A stretch of DNA of 44,318 nucleotides, taken from an uncultured Flavobacterium sp. (GTDB taxonomy: Bacteria; Bacteroidota; Bacteroidia; Flavobacteriales; Flavobacteriaceae). The notes under the pieces are model-generated. The model had not been told where the DNA came from. It was given only the letters and a program-made list of their open reading frames with translations, and searched no databases. A program made the position numbers and the translations under genes. The stretch is taken from NCBI GenBank assembly GCA_964457505.1, contig CAYWFQ010000002.1:1-44318 (forward strand), read 5' to 3'. Shown here in pieces: positions 8,523-17,067 of the stretch (positions are counted from its first letter, which is position 1; each line of letters starts with the position of its first letter).

Positions 8523-9778
8523 TATTTTGTATTGGCGCCAATATTAAAAACTTTCTCAATCCACTCGATACTTTCATCCACCATTGTTTCTTCGTCTTTG
8601 AGATGATTGGCAAAATGATTCGTGATTTTTTGAATGATTCTGTTGCTGATGATTTCGGCTTGTTCTTCGTTAAAGTCGGCTAATTTTTTTCGTTGAAAAT
8701 GCAACTCCCCTTCTTTTATCGAATGTAATTTTTCTTTTAAAGCATGAATGGTTGGCGCAAATTTTCGTCCTTTGGACCAAGTCAAAAACTCCTCTTTGAT
8801 TTCCTCTATAATGGCCTCAGCAGCTGGGATATGTTTTTTTCTGTTCTCTAAAGTTTCGTCTGTGATTTGAGACAAATAATCCATGTGAACCAAAGTAACT
8901 CCTTCGACATCTTCCACATTTTCATTCACATTCTTCGGAATCGACAAATCCAAAATCAATAATGGTTTTTTCAAATTCAAAATTGCCTTGTCCACCGTTG
9001 GATTCTGAGCACTCGTAGCAACTACCAAAACGTCTGCTTTTTGAATTTCCAATTGCAAATCAGCATAATCCTTCACTATCACGTCTAATTTTTGAGCCAA
9101 TTTCTCGGCTTTGTCTTTAGTACGGTTGATTAAAGTAATTTGTTCGTGTTTTGAATGTTTTACTAAATTCTCACAGGTATTTCTCCCAATTTTTCCGGTG
9201 CCAAAAAGTAAAATGTTTTTGTCGCCAATTTCCTCGACATTATTCAGAATGTACTGTACCGAAGCAAACGAAACCGAAGTAGCTCCCGATGAAATCTCGG
9301 TATCGGTTTTGATTTTTTTACTGGCTTGAATTACCGCATTGACTAAACGCTCTTGAAAAGCATTTACTAAATTTACGGATTTGGCTTGAAAAAAACTGGT
9401 CTTAATTTGGGAAATAATTTCAAAATCCCCTAAAATCTGACTATCTAAACCGGTTCCCACTCTAAAAAGGTGACCTACCGCTTCTTTATTTTTATATACA
9501 AAACCGTATTTTTGAAAGGCTTCAACTGTACCTTGACTGTTTTCACAAATCAATTTAATCAGCTGAAAAGGGTGTTCAGCAAAACCATAAATTTCAGTTC
9601 TGTTGCAAGTAGATGTCACAATCAAACTTTCAATTCCTTCATTTTTTGCTTGCTCTAGCAAGCGGGTTTTTGCAACCGCATCCAAACTAAATTTTCCTCT
9701 TATCTCCGCATCGGCTTTCTTGTAGCTCAAGCCAACGGCATAAAAAGAATGAGGTTTTGATGTATGATGGTTCTCCAT
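8522..9778 (-). CDS. hemA: Glutamyl-tRNA reductase
   Basis: STCNRTEIY, GLDSQILGDFEI, Rossmann GTGKIG, DLSIPKNV. Confidence 0.97.
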   Translation of the reverse strand: MENHHTSKPHSFYAVGLSYKKADAEIRGKFSLDAVAKTRLLEQAKNEGIESLIVTSTCNRTEIYGFAEHPFQLIKLICENSQGTVEAFQKYGFVYKNKEAVGHLFRVGTGLDSQILGDFEIISQIKTSFFQAKSVNLVNAFQERLVNAVIQASKKIKTDTEISSGATSVSFASVQYILNNVEEIGDKNILLFGTGKIGRNTCENLVKHSKHEQITLINRTKDKAEKLAQKLDVIVKDYADLQLEIQKADVLVVATSAQNPTVDKAILNLKKPLLILDLSIPKNVNENVEDVEGVTLVHMDYLSQITDETLENRKKHIPAAEAIIEEIKEEFLTWSKGRKFAPTIHALKEKLHSIKEGELHFQRKKLADFNEEQAEIISNRIIQKITNHFANHLKDEETMVDESIEWIEKVFNIGANTK

Positions 9779-9804
9779 AAAGTATACTTTTCTAAAAAGT
9801 GGAA

Positions 9805-9812
9805 CAAAAATA
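9805..9812 (-). promoter_or_regulatory. -7 promoter element (TATTTTTG) for the hemA operon
   Basis: caaaaata on plus, about 27 nt upstream of the hemA ATG. Confidence 0.55.
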
Positions 9813-9906
9813 TCATTAAGGGTTTGATAAAAGTAACGCTACAAGGGCTAATTGTGTCGCTGAATGTTTTTTTGAAATGAAATGGTACTTTTATAGTAAA
9901 AAAATC

Positions 9907-9914
9907 TATTTTTG
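9907..9914 (+). promoter_or_regulatory. -7 promoter element (TATTTTTG) for the AraC-hemH-hemJ unit
   Basis: TAnnTTTG match in the divergent intergenic region. Confidence 0.45.
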
Positions 9915-10008
9915 TAGTAAAATCATGTCCATATAAATTCAATTTTGGAATCGTTTTTAATCCTAATCTTGGATTATAATCCTATTTTGTTGCTAAAAAA
10001 ATATCGCT

Positions 10009-10881
10009 ATGGGTTCACAAGAGGTAATAAAAATTGAAGAAGACTTTACGCTCATTCGCTTTCAAAACGATAGCGCCGAATCATTTCATGCACAACGCGA
10101 AGTGGGCAGCGGACTGATTCAGTTTCATTTTGGTATTAAAGGAAATGCTAAATTCATTTTCAACCAAGGGAATTATGCCTTGGAATTAAAGGAAGAAAAA
10201 TCATTGCTTTTATACAATCCCCAAAAAGAATTGCCTTTGAATTTAGAATTGGCACCTAATTCTTGGGCCATTTCCGTAATTATATCGATTAAAAAATTTC
10301 ACGCGTTATTCTCAACCGAAGCGAATTATATTACGTTTTTAAGTCCCGATAATAAAGATAAAAAATACTATAACGAAGGCAATATCAGTCCGTCTATGGC
10401 AATTGTGTTAAGCCAATTGTTTCATTACAGCCTGCATCCTTCTATCAAAAACTTGTATTACAAAGGCAAAGGCTATGAATTGTTGAGTTTGTATTTCAAT
10501 AAAAGCGAAGACCCTAATGCTGAACAATGTCCGTTTTTAATTGACGAAGACAATGTGTTCAAAATTAAAAAAGCCAAAGAAATTATCATTGCCAACATGG
10601 CTGAGCCGCCAGGATTACAAGAATTAGCCGACCAAGTGGGACTCAATTTGAAAAAATTAAAAATGGGTTTCAAACAAATATATGGCGATACTGTCTATGG
10701 CTTCCTTTTTGATTACAAAATGGACTATGCGCGAAAATTACTTGATAGCGGCTCCTATAATGTCAACGAAGTAGGGCTGAAAATTGGGTACAGTACCGGA
10801 AGCCATTTTATTGCGGCTTTCAAGAAAAAATTTGCCACCACACCAAAGAAATATTTAATGTCAATCAACACCAATTTATAA
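10009..10881 (+). CDS. AraC-family transcriptional regulator
   Basis: C-terminal double HTH (LQELADQVGLNLKKLKMGFKQIYG...VNEVGLKIGYSTGSHFIAAFKKKFATTP); single Cys in EQCPFL. Confidence 0.93.
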   Translation: MGSQEVIKIEEDFTLIRFQNDSAESFHAQREVGSGLIQFHFGIKGNAKFIFNQGNYALELKEEKSLLLYNPQKELPLNLELAPNSWAISVIISIKKFHALFSTEANYITFLSPDNKDKKYYNEGNISPSMAIVLSQLFHYSLHPSIKNLYYKGKGYELLSLYFNKSEDPNAEQCPFLIDEDNVFKIKKAKEIIIANMAEPPGLQELADQVGLNLKKLKMGFKQIYGDTVYGFLFDYKMDYARKLLDSGSYNVNEVGLKIGYSTGSHFIAAFKKKFATTPKKYLMSINTNL

Positions 10882-10885
10882 AAAA

Positions 10886-11902
10886 ATGAAAGGAGTATTA
10901 TTAGTTAATCTTGGTTCGCCAGAAAGTCCAACTGCTAAAGACGTAAAACCGTATTTGGATGAGTTTTTAATGGATAAATACGTAATTGATGTTCCGTTTT
11001 TATTGCGTGCCTTATTAGTTAGAGGGATTATTTTACAAACTAGACCTAAAAAATCAGCTGAAGCGTATGCCAGAATTTGGACAGATGAAGGTTCGCCTTT
11101 GATTGTGATTTCTAAAAAAATGCATGAAAAAGTGAAAACTTTGGTTGACATTCCAGTGGCTTTAGCCATGCGTTATGGAACTATGACCATTCTAAAAGGA
11201 TTGCAAGAATTGCATGATAAAGGCGTGACAGAAGTGATGCTTTTCCCTTTGTATCCGCAACATGCTATGGCTTCTACTACTACAATTTTGGTATTAGCAG
11301 AAGAATTGCGTCAAAAGCATTTCCCTAACATGAAATTCACTACAGTTCCAGCGTTCTACAACAAGCCAGGATATATTGAAGCCTTATCTAATTCTATCAA
11401 AAAACACTTAGAAGGTTTTGACTACGATCACTTATTGTTTTCGTATCACGGAATTCCTAAACGTCATATTCGCAAAACGGATATCACCAAATCACATTGT
11501 AAAATTGACGGATCTTGTTGTAACACTCCTTCGCCTGCTCACGAATTTTGTTACCGTCACCAATGTTATGAAACTACCAAACAAGTGGTGAAATTACTAG
11601 GTATTCCAGAAGGAAAATATAGCCAAACCTTCCAATCTCGTTTAGCGGGTGACAAATGGCTAACTCCTTATACTGATGTTGAAGTGAACAAAATGCCTGA
11701 AAAAGGAATTAAAAAATTAGCGGTTGTAACTCCTGCTTTTGTGGCTGATTGTTTAGAAACTTTAGAAGAAATTGCAATGGAAGCGAACGAAGAATTTTTA
11801 CATCACGGTGGGGAAGAGTTTATGGCTATTCCTTGTATGAACGACGAAGACGAATGGTGTGGTGTTGTGGCGAATTGGATTAAAGAATTTCAAGCGAAAT
11901 AA
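10886..11902 (+). CDS. hemH: Ferrochelatase with an internal C-X5-C-C-X9-C [2Fe-2S]-type insertion
   Basis: GVLLVNLGSP, LFSYHGIP, FQSR, WLTP, FVADCLETLEE; CKIDGSCCNTPSPAHEFC. Confidence 0.97.
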   Translation: MKGVLLVNLGSPESPTAKDVKPYLDEFLMDKYVIDVPFLLRALLVRGIILQTRPKKSAEAYARIWTDEGSPLIVISKKMHEKVKTLVDIPVALAMRYGTMTILKGLQELHDKGVTEVMLFPLYPQHAMASTTTILVLAEELRQKHFPNMKFTTVPAFYNKPGYIEALSNSIKKHLEGFDYDHLLFSYHGIPKRHIRKTDITKSHCKIDGSCCNTPSPAHEFCYRHQCYETTKQVVKLLGIPEGKYSQTFQSRLAGDKWLTPYTDVEVNKMPEKGIKKLAVVTPAFVADCLETLEEIAMEANEEFLHHGGEEFMAIPCMNDEDEWCGVVANWIKEFQAK

Positions 11903-11924
11903 TTAAAATAAATTAATGTTTTTT

Positions 11925-11969
11925 ACCGCAGATTCGCAGATTGCAAAAAAAAATCAGCGAATCGGCGGT
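11925..11969. repeat. Short palindromic element between hemH and hemJ
   Basis: accgcagattcgcagatt / aatcagcgaatcggcggt (16 of 18 complementary). Confidence 0.7.
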
Positions 11970-11983
11970 TAACAATTAATACT

Positions 11984-12538
11984 ATGGAAATCTACAACTA
12001 CCTTAAATCGTTGCATCTTATTTTTGTCATCACTTGGTTTGCGGGTTTGTTCTATATCGTGCGGCTTTTTGTATACCAAATTGAAGCTTCTGAAAAACCC
12101 TCTCCAGAAAAAGAAATTTTGCAAGAGCAGTTCAAAATTATGAGTTACCGTTTGTGGTACATCATCACTTGGCCTTCGGCTATTTTGGCTAGTTTTTTTG
12201 CTTTTTGGATGTTGTTTTTTACCGAATTGGGTAATGCTTGGTTGCAAATGCCGTGGATGCATGTCAAATTAGGTTTTGTATTTCTATTGTATTTATACCA
12301 TTTGAAATGCCACCAAATATTCAAGCAATTACAAAATAACGAAGTAAAACACACGGGGAATTTCATGCGTGTTTGGAATGAAGGCGCCACTATAATATTA
12401 TTTGCAGTCGTGTTTTTAGTGATTCTGAAAAATGCGGTGAATTGGATTTATGGAGTGGTGGGTATCTTTTTGTTTTCAATTCTAATTATGCTTGGATTCA
12501 AATTTTACAAACGCATTCGCGAAAGAAATCAATCCTAA
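11984..12538 (+). CDS. hemJ: Protoporphyrinogen IX oxidase, HemJ (CopD-like membrane) family
   Basis: KSLHLIFVITWFAGLFYIVRLFVY, WMHVKL, RVWNE; follows hemH. Confidence 0.92.
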   Translation: MEIYNYLKSLHLIFVITWFAGLFYIVRLFVYQIEASEKPSPEKEILQEQFKIMSYRLWYIITWPSAILASFFAFWMLFFTELGNAWLQMPWMHVKLGFVFLLYLYHLKCHQIFKQLQNNEVKHTGNFMRVWNEGATIILFAVVFLVILKNAVNWIYGVVGIFLFSILIMLGFKFYKRIRERNQS

Positions 12539-12541
12539 ATC

Positions 12542-14014
12542 ATGGCTAAAAGCTTTAAAATAGCAATGCTTTCTCTTCGAACTAGGATTTTCCTATCGAT
12601 GATTGTATTGATTATTATGGCTTCGATTATTTTGGCTTCGATTTCGATTATTCAGTTTAAAAACGAAGCGAGAGAATACCATCAAGAACGTTTAGAGCGT
12701 AAAGAAAATGAGGTCAAAGAACATATTAATTATGTGCTTTCGACCACAACCTATCCTTTGACAACGGCCAATTTACCTTTGATTTTCAAAGATAAAATTC
12801 ACGAATTGGCACAAATTCACGCCATCGAAATCAACATTTACAGCTTGGACGGAAAATTACTTAAATCCTCCAAAGAATCCTTTTCAGTAGACAAAGTAGC
12901 GCCACCTATCCAAAAGTACATTTTGAAATTAGTGCGTTCTTCTATCGAAAAACGATTTGTAGACATCAAAACTATTGACGGATTAAAAAACCGTTCTTCG
13001 TACAGCCAAATCAAAGACGATAAATTCAAACCACTCGGTATTTTAAATTTACCCTATGTAGAAGACGATGGTTTTTATGAAAAAGAGTTGAACGGATTTT
13101 TAATCCGATTGGCTCAGGTGTATTCGTTCATGTTGATAGTTGCGTTTGGCTTGGCGTATTTTCTTTCGACATACATTACCAAGTCTTTAAAAACGATTTC
13201 TGATAAATTGAGTGAAACGACATTGAATCAGAAAAACGAAAAAATTAGGGTTGAAGCCAGTAGTAAAGAAATCAATTTGTTGATTAAATCGTATAATGCG
13301 ATGGTGGACGAACTGGAAATCAGTGCTGTTAAATTAGCGCAAAGTGAACGTGAAGAAGCCTGGCGCGAAATGGCAAAACAGGTCGCCCACGAGATTAAAA
13401 ATCCGCTGACGCCAATGCGTTTGACTGTGCAGAGTTTTCAACGAAAATTTGATCCAGGCGAGCAAGACATACAACAAAAGATGAAGGATTACTCCGATAC
13501 TTTAATTCAGCAAATTGACACAATGAGTGCGGTAGCATCCGCTTTTTCGAACTTTGCTTCGATGCCTGCTCAACAAAACGAAACACTAAATGTGGTCGAA
13601 GTAGTCGAATTGGCTTTGGATATTTTTAATGAAGACTATTTGGTTTTCGAAAAAGAATCGGAAGAAATTATTGCAGAAATTGATCGCACACAACTCATTC
13701 GAATCATTACCAATTTGGTCAAAAATGCCATTCAAGCAATTCCGGAACAACAAGAAATCAAGTCTATTGTAGTGCGAGTTAATCGAGACCGAAAAAACGT
13801 TTTAATTACGGTGAAAGACAACGGAATTGGTATAAAAGAAGAAGATCAAAATCGAATATTTGAGCCTAAATTCACCACTAAAAATAGCGGAATGGGATTG
13901 GGTTTAAGTATCATTAAAAATATTATCGAAAATTACAAAGGAAGCATTACATTTGAAACACAATATAGTCAAGGCACCATTTTTACAGTGAGTTTGCCAA
14001 TTCTAAATTCTTAA
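12542..14014 (+). CDS. Membrane sensor histidine kinase (NtrY-like; 2 TM, HAMP, HisKA, HATPase)
   Basis: H-box QVAHEIKNPLTP, N-box NLVKNAIQA, DNGIGI, FTTK, GMGLGL. Confidence 0.93.
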   Translation: MAKSFKIAMLSLRTRIFLSMIVLIIMASIILASISIIQFKNEAREYHQERLERKENEVKEHINYVLSTTTYPLTTANLPLIFKDKIHELAQIHAIEINIYSLDGKLLKSSKESFSVDKVAPPIQKYILKLVRSSIEKRFVDIKTIDGLKNRSSYSQIKDDKFKPLGILNLPYVEDDGFYEKELNGFLIRLAQVYSFMLIVAFGLAYFLSTYITKSLKTISDKLSETTLNQKNEKIRVEASSKEINLLIKSYNAMVDELEISAVKLAQSEREEAWREMAKQVAHEIKNPLTPMRLTVQSFQRKFDPGEQDIQQKMKDYSDTLIQQIDTMSAVASAFSNFASMPAQQNETLNVVEVVELALDIFNEDYLVFEKESEEIIAEIDRTQLIRIITNLVKNAIQAIPEQQEIKSIVVRVNRDRKNVLITVKDNGIGIKEEDQNRIFEPKFTTKNSGMGLGLSIIKNIIENYKGSITFETQYSQGTIFTVSLPILNS

Positions 14015-14025
14015 AAACACATTCT

Positions 14026-14808
14026 ATGAACAACGAAAATCTTTTGATTGCTATAGAAAATAAAATCGCGTTGGTGACTTTAAATCGTCCTGCCAAGTTG
14101 AATGCTTTGAACAAGGACACACTTGCCGAATTACACTCGGCGTTTACTGATTTAGAAAACAACGAAGCTGTTCAAGTGATTATCTTGACTGGAAGTGGCG
14201 AAAAAGCGTTTGTGGCTGGTGCTGATATTGCTGAATTTGCCGATTTCTCTGCTGCTGAAGGAACACAACTCGCTGCCGACGGACACCAAAAAGTATTCGA
14301 CCACATAGAAAATTTGAAAAAACCGGTAATTGCAGCTGTTAACGGATTTGCCTTAGGAGGCGGATTGGAACTAGCGATGGCGTGTCATTTTAGAGTGGCG
14401 TCTGACAACGCAAAAATGGGTTTGCCAGAAGTTACTTTGGGACTAATTCCGGGTTATGGTGGTACACAACGTTTACCTCAACTTATTGGTAAAGGACGTG
14501 CTATGGAAATGATTTTGACTGCAACTATGATTACTGCTACCGAAGCCAAAGAATATGGTTTGGTGAATCATGTAGTGCCTCAAGCCGAACTTATTGAATT
14601 TTGCCAAGGCTTGGCGCAAAAAATAATAAAAAATGCTCCTGTTGCTCTTAGCGAAGCTATTCAGGCAATCAACGCTAGTGTTGACAAAACGAAAAACGGC
14701 TACGAACAAGAGATACATGCTTTTGGCAGGTTATTTAGCACTACCGATTTCAAAGAAGGAACAACCGCCTTTTTAGAAAAAAGAAAAGCTAATTTCAGCG
14801 GAAAATAA
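14026..14808 (+). CDS. Enoyl-CoA hydratase/isomerase (crotonase family)
   Basis: AFVAGADI, AVNGFALGGGLELAMAC, PEVTLGLIPGYGGTQRL. Confidence 0.95.
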   Translation: MNNENLLIAIENKIALVTLNRPAKLNALNKDTLAELHSAFTDLENNEAVQVIILTGSGEKAFVAGADIAEFADFSAAEGTQLAADGHQKVFDHIENLKKPVIAAVNGFALGGGLELAMACHFRVASDNAKMGLPEVTLGLIPGYGGTQRLPQLIGKGRAMEMILTATMITATEAKEYGLVNHVVPQAELIEFCQGLAQKIIKNAPVALSEAIQAINASVDKTKNGYEQEIHAFGRLFSTTDFKEGTTAFLEKRKANFSGK

Positions 14809-14830
14809 TTCGAAAATCTAAATCAAACAA

Positions 14831-15235
14831 ATGTCTTTTCAAACCGAATTTGCCCAGTTTTGGGAAAGTGTAAAAAAAAGTATGGCCAACTATACTTTTG
14901 CTAAGTTAACCTTGGCAAAAACCATTGGCGATACCGAATTAAAAAATATTTACATGCGTCCCGTTTTAGTGGATGACCAAGTACGTATTTCACTTATTGC
15001 CCGTTATAAAACTGAGGAAATAGAAAGTTTTCACACTCTAGACGAAGCCTTTTTTGTGCTATCCTCTTATTTGAATAATCCGTTTTTGACCGCATTATTA
15101 TTTACTACTGAAAACGACTTGACCTTCAAGTTGAATAAGAAAAGAATCGGTAGTATTGTAGAACAAGTCCCTACTTTCAAAAGCGCTTCGGATGTAGTTT
15201 TAGAAATGCAAGAGAAACAACTTTCAATAGACTAA
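14831..15235 (+). CDS. Conserved hypothetical protein
   Basis: 134-aa ORF with an A-rich leader, co-directional with the upstream genes; no motif assigned with certainty. Confidence 0.7.
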   Translation: MSFQTEFAQFWESVKKSMANYTFAKLTLAKTIGDTELKNIYMRPVLVDDQVRISLIARYKTEEIESFHTLDEAFFVLSSYLNNPFLTALLFTTENDLTFKLNKKRIGSIVEQVPTFKSASDVVLEMQEKQLSID

Positions 15236-15238
15236 CCT

Positions 15239-15892
15239 TTATTTTCTACCCTCCCATTCAGCATAAAATTGGTCCAAAAAGCTTTCCATATAGCGGTGGC
15301 GTTCTTGGGCAATTTGTTTCCCAGTTGGAGTATTCATTTTGTCTTTCAACAACAATAGTTTTTCGTAAAAATGATTGATAGTAGGCGCTTCATTGTTTTT
15401 GTATTCTTCCTTAGTCATGGATAAGTTCGGAGCAATTTCAGGATGGTAAAGTGCTCTATTTTTGAAGCCGCCGTAGTTGAATGTTCGGGCAACGCCAATT
15501 GCACCAATAGCGTCCAAACGATCGGCATCTTGAACAATATCCAACTCAATCGAAGAAAATTTTCTTTTTACATTGCCGCCTTTGAACGAAATATTTTCAA
15601 TAATCGCGATTACGTGGTCAATAGTTTCGGAAGAAACATTTTGGCCTTCTAAAAAAGTACGCGCGGTTTTAGGACCGATGGTTTCATCTCCATTATGAAA
15701 TTTACTATCTGCAATATCGTGAAGCAAAGCGCCCAATTGAACAATCTCTATATCACAAACTTCAGTTGCGGCAATCAACAAGGCGTTTTTATACACACGC
15801 TCAATATGAAACCAATCGTGACCGCCTTCGGCCTGAGCCAAGGTTTCTTTTACAAATAGTATTGTTGTGTCAATCAAGTTAGTGGAGTTCAT
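15239..15892 (-). CDS. HD-domain metal-dependent phosphohydrolase
   Basis: GHDWFHIERV, LLHDIAD, VQDADRLDAIGAIG, HFYEKLL. Confidence 0.92.
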   Translation of the reverse strand: MNSTNLIDTTILFVKETLAQAEGGHDWFHIERVYKNALLIAATEVCDIEIVQLGALLHDIADSKFHNGDETIGPKTARTFLEGQNVSSETIDHVIAIIENISFKGGNVKRKFSSIELDIVQDADRLDAIGAIGVARTFNYGGFKNRALYHPEIAPNLSMTKEEYKNNEAPTINHFYEKLLLLKDKMNTPTGKQIAQERHRYMESFLDQFYAEWEGRK

Positions 15893-15916
15893 TGTAAAAA
15901 TAGTTTTATAAAAAAA

Positions 15917-16041
15917 CGTCTAAAAAGTCTCGGTCTTGTCAAACTGAACTTGTTTCAGTTTCTATAAACAATACTGTTTTATAGATTCCGAAATATCCCG
16001 AAGCGTCGGGACGGAATGACAAAATTGACACTTTTTTGACG
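15917..16041. mobile_element. Composite non-autonomous palindromic element (MITE/REP-like, nested)
   Basis: Outer IR cgtctaaaaagt/acttttttgacg, inner ttgtca/tgacaa, three internal hairpins, one containing tcccga-agcg-tcggga. Confidence 0.55.
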
Positions 16042-16068
16042 CCTAATTTTTTTAAAAATACTACATTT

Positions 16069-17055
16069 TTACAATGTAGCAGGCTCTACCCATTTAAAGA
16101 TATACGACTCTTGAGGAATCACTATTCTTTCGGAAATTTTAGCCATTCTTGATGGCAATTTCATTAAGTAATCACGGGCTTTCTCAGCTTCGTCAGTCAA
16201 ATTGCCAATTTTATCAATTTGCCATTTGTCAATTAATTTTTGCATGATTTCTACATAATCATTTGCTGTGTAAACGCCTATGCGTTGTGCCGAATCAGAG
16301 AAATTTTCAAACGCTGAACTAATTTGTTGTCCTGATTCTCTCAAGAAATGGGCAGGCATTACGATTTTTTGTTTCATCATGTATTGAAACGCTAACATCA
16401 TTTCGCTTGGATCTACTTGGAAAATTCGATTGACAAATTCGCTATATGCATGGTGATGACGCATTTCGTCTCCGGCAATCATTTTACACATTTTAGACAA
16501 TTTATTGTCACCGTGTTTTTTTGCAATTTGCGAAACTCTATTGTGCGAAACATAAGTCGCTAATTCTTGGAAACTAGTGTATACAAAGTTTTTGTAAGGG
16601 TCTCTTCCGGTTCCAATATCGAAACCGTCGTTAATCAAATGTTGGGTAGTGATTTCTACTTCACGCATGTTGATTCGACCAGACAAATACAAGTATTTAT
16701 TCAATACGTCTCCGTGACGGTTTTCTTCCCCTGTCCATTGACGGATCCAACTTGACCAACCGTTTCTTTCTAAATTATTTACTCCTTCTACTTCCATTAA
16801 CCAAGACTCATACGTGGGTAAAGCCTCTTCGGTAATGGTATCTCCCACCATAGCTACCCAAAAATCATAGGGTAAATCTTTAGCAATTTCTCTTAGTTCT
16901 TTTACTTCTTCAAAAAAGTTTTCACTTTGTGAATCTGGTAAAAAATCAGTTGGTTGCCAAATGTTTTCTACTGGAATTAAGTACTGTTCTACGAAACTAT
17001 CCACGTTTTTTTCCAAAAACTGCATCACTTCTAAACGAATGTTTTTAATTGACAT
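16069..17055 (-). CDS. Acyl-ACP desaturase (soluble di-iron family)
   Basis: WQPTDFLP, TEEALPTY, WTGEENRHG, YTSFQELAT, IAGDEMRH (two ExxH motifs). Confidence 0.93.
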   Translation of the reverse strand: MSIKNIRLEVMQFLEKNVDSFVEQYLIPVENIWQPTDFLPDSQSENFFEEVKELREIAKDLPYDFWVAMVGDTITEEALPTYESWLMEVEGVNNLERNGWSSWIRQWTGEENRHGDVLNKYLYLSGRINMREVEITTQHLINDGFDIGTGRDPYKNFVYTSFQELATYVSHNRVSQIAKKHGDNKLSKMCKMIAGDEMRHHHAYSEFVNRIFQVDPSEMMLAFQYMMKQKIVMPAHFLRESGQQISSAFENFSDSAQRIGVYTANDYVEIMQKLIDKWQIDKIGNLTDEAEKARDYLMKLPSRMAKISERIVIPQESYIFKWVEPATL

Positions 17056-17067
17056 TTTGTTGTATTT

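Noticed and set aside
9727-9942. 71-aa ORF overlapping the hemA start as a possible leader peptide
   Set aside because: It spans both predicted promoters, begins upstream of the hemA -7 element and has non-coding-like composition.
3047-12538. Absence of hemL and hemN/hemG as a sign of a novel pathway
   Set aside because: hemF and hemJ cover the oxidation steps, and hemL can be elsewhere; not assessable from this window.
15917-16041. Cloverleaf-like fold as a tRNA
   Set aside because: No T-loop GTTC, no D-loop GG and no 7-nt anticodon loop.
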